This document shows, one piece after another, positions 63,503 through 64,000 of a stretch of 64,000 nucleotides of DNA. The translations under genes were made by a program, and so were the position numbers. Each line of letters begins with the position of its first letter. Positions within the stretch are counted from its first letter, which is position 1. This DNA is from Stegostoma tigrinum (taxonomy: Eukaryota), in NCBI RefSeq assembly GCF_030684315.1, contig NC_081396.1:5518001-5582000 (forward strand). Direction: 5' to 3'. Under the pieces are notes generated by a model. That model had not been told where the DNA came from, did no database searches, and saw only the letters and a list, made by a program, of their open reading frames with translations.

Positions 63503-64000
63503 ATGTCAGCTGTTACATTTTATACATTAACCACAGCTGCGGTTCTCTTCGCTGGTAAGTTCATTAAGTCGCAAAACATTGACTTGTACATGCCATTTAC
63601 GTAGTGAACTCACCTGCATAATGTTCACTTATCTTGATGACATTATCGAACAAAACGATAATTTCAGACTCAGATTGATTTTATGTTTAATTTTCTGTAG
63701 ATGTGAATTCGATCTCACAGCAGCCAGCTACAGCAAAACAGCTTGAAGGACTGTCGGTGAACATTAACTTTAGCTATTCGATGGAAACAGCTGTCTCATA
63801 TTCCTTACAATTGTACCGGCAAGACCTGAGTAAATCACCAACATTATTGCTCTACATCCTTCAATACGGAACCGTTCACAGATCTGACGGCGTGGGAAAT
63901 CGATTTTCTGCAGCTCTGGACACTTCGAAAAGTGAGGGGAATTTCACCATTGGTGACCTACGACTGTCTGACAGCGCTGTGTATTACTGCGTGTTGAGAG
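63503..64000 (+). CDS. TCR V segment, paralog of the 732 V (leader 63503-63554, V exon from 63701, cut by window end); also Cys23>Phe, Trp41>Leu
   Basis: Leader MSAVTFYTLTTAAVLFA with intact GT/AG. V reads NSISQQP...NINFSYS...LQLYRQ...DSAVYYCVLR in an open frame. Confidence 0.9.

Overview
Eukaryotic, AT-rich, retroelement-rich genomic DNA from a vertebrate antigen-receptor locus. The NAR-type V domain, the HE1/HER1-like repeats and the V architecture point (by inference) to the V region of a cartilaginous-fish (shark) TCR alpha/delta locus. All immune segments lie on the + strand. The window holds a complete NAR-TCR cassette: leader + IgNAR-like V (14457-14918), one D flanked by 12/12 RSS (15300-15315), a J (15693-15745) and a leaderless supporting TCR-delta V (20958-21267). 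It also holds a second, pseudogenised supporting V (36517-36826), four open-frame TCR Va/d-type segments (732, 58592, 60320, 63503) and three more V pseudogenes. The most unusual signal is that both supporting V segments are followed by a tandem array of ~55-60 bp units, each a copy of a heptamer-23-nonamer RSS, and each array contains one extra near-consensus RSS. Other notable points: a V family lacking both Cys23 and Trp41 yet open-frame in two copies 62.8 kb apart; two V genes with intron-less leaders; CTCF-like motifs beside V segments; and hammerhead-ribozyme cores in the Penelope-like elements. The rest is CR1 LINEs, Penelope-like elements, SINEs, a probable solo LTR, microsatellites and a 163-N gap. 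Coordinates were counted by hand and repeat boundaries are approximate.
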